From Clostridia bacterium (GTDB lineage: Bacteria > Bacillota > Clostridia > Oscillospirales > UBA644), in the NCBI GenBank assembly GCA_017441125.1, contig JAFSAH010000061.1:1-46530 (forward strand): DNA of 46,530 bases. Reading direction: 5' to 3'. Below the pieces are notes generated by a model, which was given only the letters and a program-made list of their open reading frames with translations, did not search any database and was not told the DNA's origin. Both the position numbers and the translations under genes were made by a program. Shown here one piece after another: positions 45,209 to 46,530 of the stretch (the first letter of the stretch is position 1; every line of letters begins with the position of its first letter).

Positions 45209-46317
45209 ACGGTTTCTCTTTTTGCGCAGACGTCTGCTATGGTATCTATTGCATCATCTGTGAATTCCAAATCCACCTTGTCGATTTTGAGAAGTTTCTG
45301 ATACTGTTTGATTATGGAATTTTTAGGTTCTTTAAGTATTTTTACCAAAGCGTCTCTGTCAAGGTTATCCACAGAAACGATAACAGGCAAGCGTCCCACA
45401 AGTTCGGGAATGATTCCGAATTTGATAAGGTCGTGGGATTCGCACTGTTTGAGATAAAAACTTGCAGGCTGTTCTTTTTTTGTTTCGATTTTTGAACCAA
45501 AACCAATTGCTGTTCCCGAAACACGTTTTTTAATCACATTTTCAAGACCTGCAAAAGCACCGCCGCAAATGAAAAGAATGTTTTTTGTATTGATTTGTAT
45601 AAATTCCTGATTCGGATGTTTTCTTCCGCCCTGAGGAGGTACGTTAGCAATGGTTCCTTCAAGAATTTTCAGAAGAGCCTGTTGAACACCTTCGCCCGAA
45701 ACGTCTCTCGTTATGGAGGGGTTTTCGGATCTTCTGGATATTTTATCTATCTCATCTACGTAAATAATACCTTTTTCTGCGGCTTCAACGTCAAAATCCG
45801 CAGCCTGAATAAGTCTGAGAAGAATGTTTTCAACGTCTTCACCGACGTAACCTGCTTCGGTCAATGTGGTGGCGTCCGCAATTGCAAATGGCACGTTAAG
45901 AGTTTTCGCCAAAACCTGAGCCATGAGGGTTTTACCCGAACCTGTAGGACCGAGTAAAAGTACGTTGCTCTTTACCAATTCAACTTCGTCATCGGAATTA
46001 TCCGTTATTCTCTTATAGTGGTTGTATACCGAAACTGAAAGGGCAATTTTTGCGTCTTCCTGTCCGATAACGTATTCATCAAGAGCCTTTTTAATTTCAG
46101 CCGGAGTTTTGATTTCAATTTGAGAATCTTTTTTACTGCGCCTATTGTTTATTGGACCTTTAAGAGTGTTCATGTATTCAATACAAGTTTCAATGCAGTT
46201 TTCGCAGATGAATACATCTTCCGTTACACCCGAAAGCATAAGCGTGCTTCCGTCCGTGTCGGTAAATCCGCAAAAAGAGCACTGTCTTATCAGATCCATA
46301 CTGTTATCTCTGGGCAT
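45172..46317 (-). CDS. clpX: ATP-dependent Clp protease ATP-binding subunit ClpX, frame broken near 45210 (381 aa as written)
   Basis: GAGGGG RBS; zinc-binding CSFCG...ICENC; Walker A GPTGSGKT; Walker [10 protein letters not shown]. The translation ends ...[17 protein letters not shown] instead of ...RETGARGLR... Confidence 0.9.
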   Translation of the reverse strand: MPRDNSMDLIRQCSFCGFTDTDGSTLMLSGVTEDVFICENCIETCIEYMNTLKGPINNRRSKKDSQIEIKTPAEIKKALDEYVIGQEDAKIALSVSVYNHYKRITDNSDDEVELVKSNVLLLGPTGSGKTLMAQVLAKTLNVPFAIADATTLTEAGYVGEDVENILLRLIQAADFDVEAAEKGIIYVDEIDKISRRSENPSITRDVSGEGVQQALLKILEGTIANVPPQGGRKHPNQEFIQINTKNILFICGGAFAGLENVIKKRVSGTAIGFGSKIETKKEQPASFYLKQCESHDLIKFGIIPELVGRLPVIVSVDNLDRDALVKILKEPKNSIIKQYQKLLKIDKVDLEFTDDAIDTIADVCAKRETVQEVSARSLRNS

Positions 46318-46334
46318 ATATTTTCCCCTCTGAT

Positions 46335-46530
46335 TTATCTTTTTGTGATAACTTTATCAACAAGTCCGTATTCCATAGCCTGTGCTGCTGTCATGAAGTT
46401 ATCTCTTTCTGTGTCTTTTTCAATTATTTCAAGGGGCTTTCCTGTATTTTCAGCAAGGATTCTGTTAAGATCGGATTTAATTTTAATAATTCTGTCTGCG
46501 TGAATTTTGATATCTGTTGCCTGACCCTGG
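46335..46530 (-). CDS. clpP: ATP-dependent Clp protease proteolytic subunit ClpP, 3' part only (5' end lies beyond the window)
   Basis: The minus-strand translation [64 protein letters not shown] matches a ClpP C-terminus. The stop is at 46335-46337. Confidence 0.9.
   Translation of the reverse strand, partial: QGQATDIKIHADRIIKIKSDLNRILAENTGKPLEIIEKDTERDNFMTAAQAMEYGLVDKVITKR

Noticed and set aside
1-46530. A search of the whole window for CRISPR arrays, tRNA/rRNA genes, transposases, integrases, phage genes, restriction-modification systems or other recognisable defence genes.
   Set aside because: None was found by eye. All intergenic regions are under 300 nt and are explained by promoters, hairpins or short repeats. 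No direct-repeat/spacer periodicity is present.

Overview
This window looks like core chromosome from a low-GC, spore-forming Firmicute, probably Clostridia/Oscillospiraceae-like (a guess from gene content and synteny only). It holds about 46 tightly packed protein genes. Several Bacillus/Clostridium synteny blocks are present: asnA-asnS, ruvA-ruvB, ruvX-cls, yceD-rpmF, DUF512-der-plsY-pyrE, yqfC-yqfD-phoH-ybeY, spoIVB, yybS-gdpP-rplI-dnaB-tilS-hpt-ftsH, and on the minus strand clpP-clpX-lon-engB-lysA. I found no rRNA, tRNA, CRISPR array, transposase, integrase or phage gene, so this is not an obvious accessory island. Several consensus sigma-A promoters and rho-independent terminators can be read directly from the sequence. 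Three compact operons of uncharacterised genes deserve a second look. (1) Four translationally coupled membrane, Cys-rich and soluble proteins sit directly in front of ruvAB (3725-6664). (2) An ATP-grasp ligase is paired with a protein carrying two CxxC-N33/34-CxxH modules (12157-13868). (3) An overlapping esterase / HxxxDG acyltransferase-like / zinc-ribbon polytopic membrane protein operon lies at 37753-40659. Two single-nucleotide frame disruptions are visible: clpX breaks inside its GARGLR motif, and a NUDIX gene may break at a T8 run. These are either assembly errors or real lesions. All functional calls rest on motifs recognised by eye; no database search was run.
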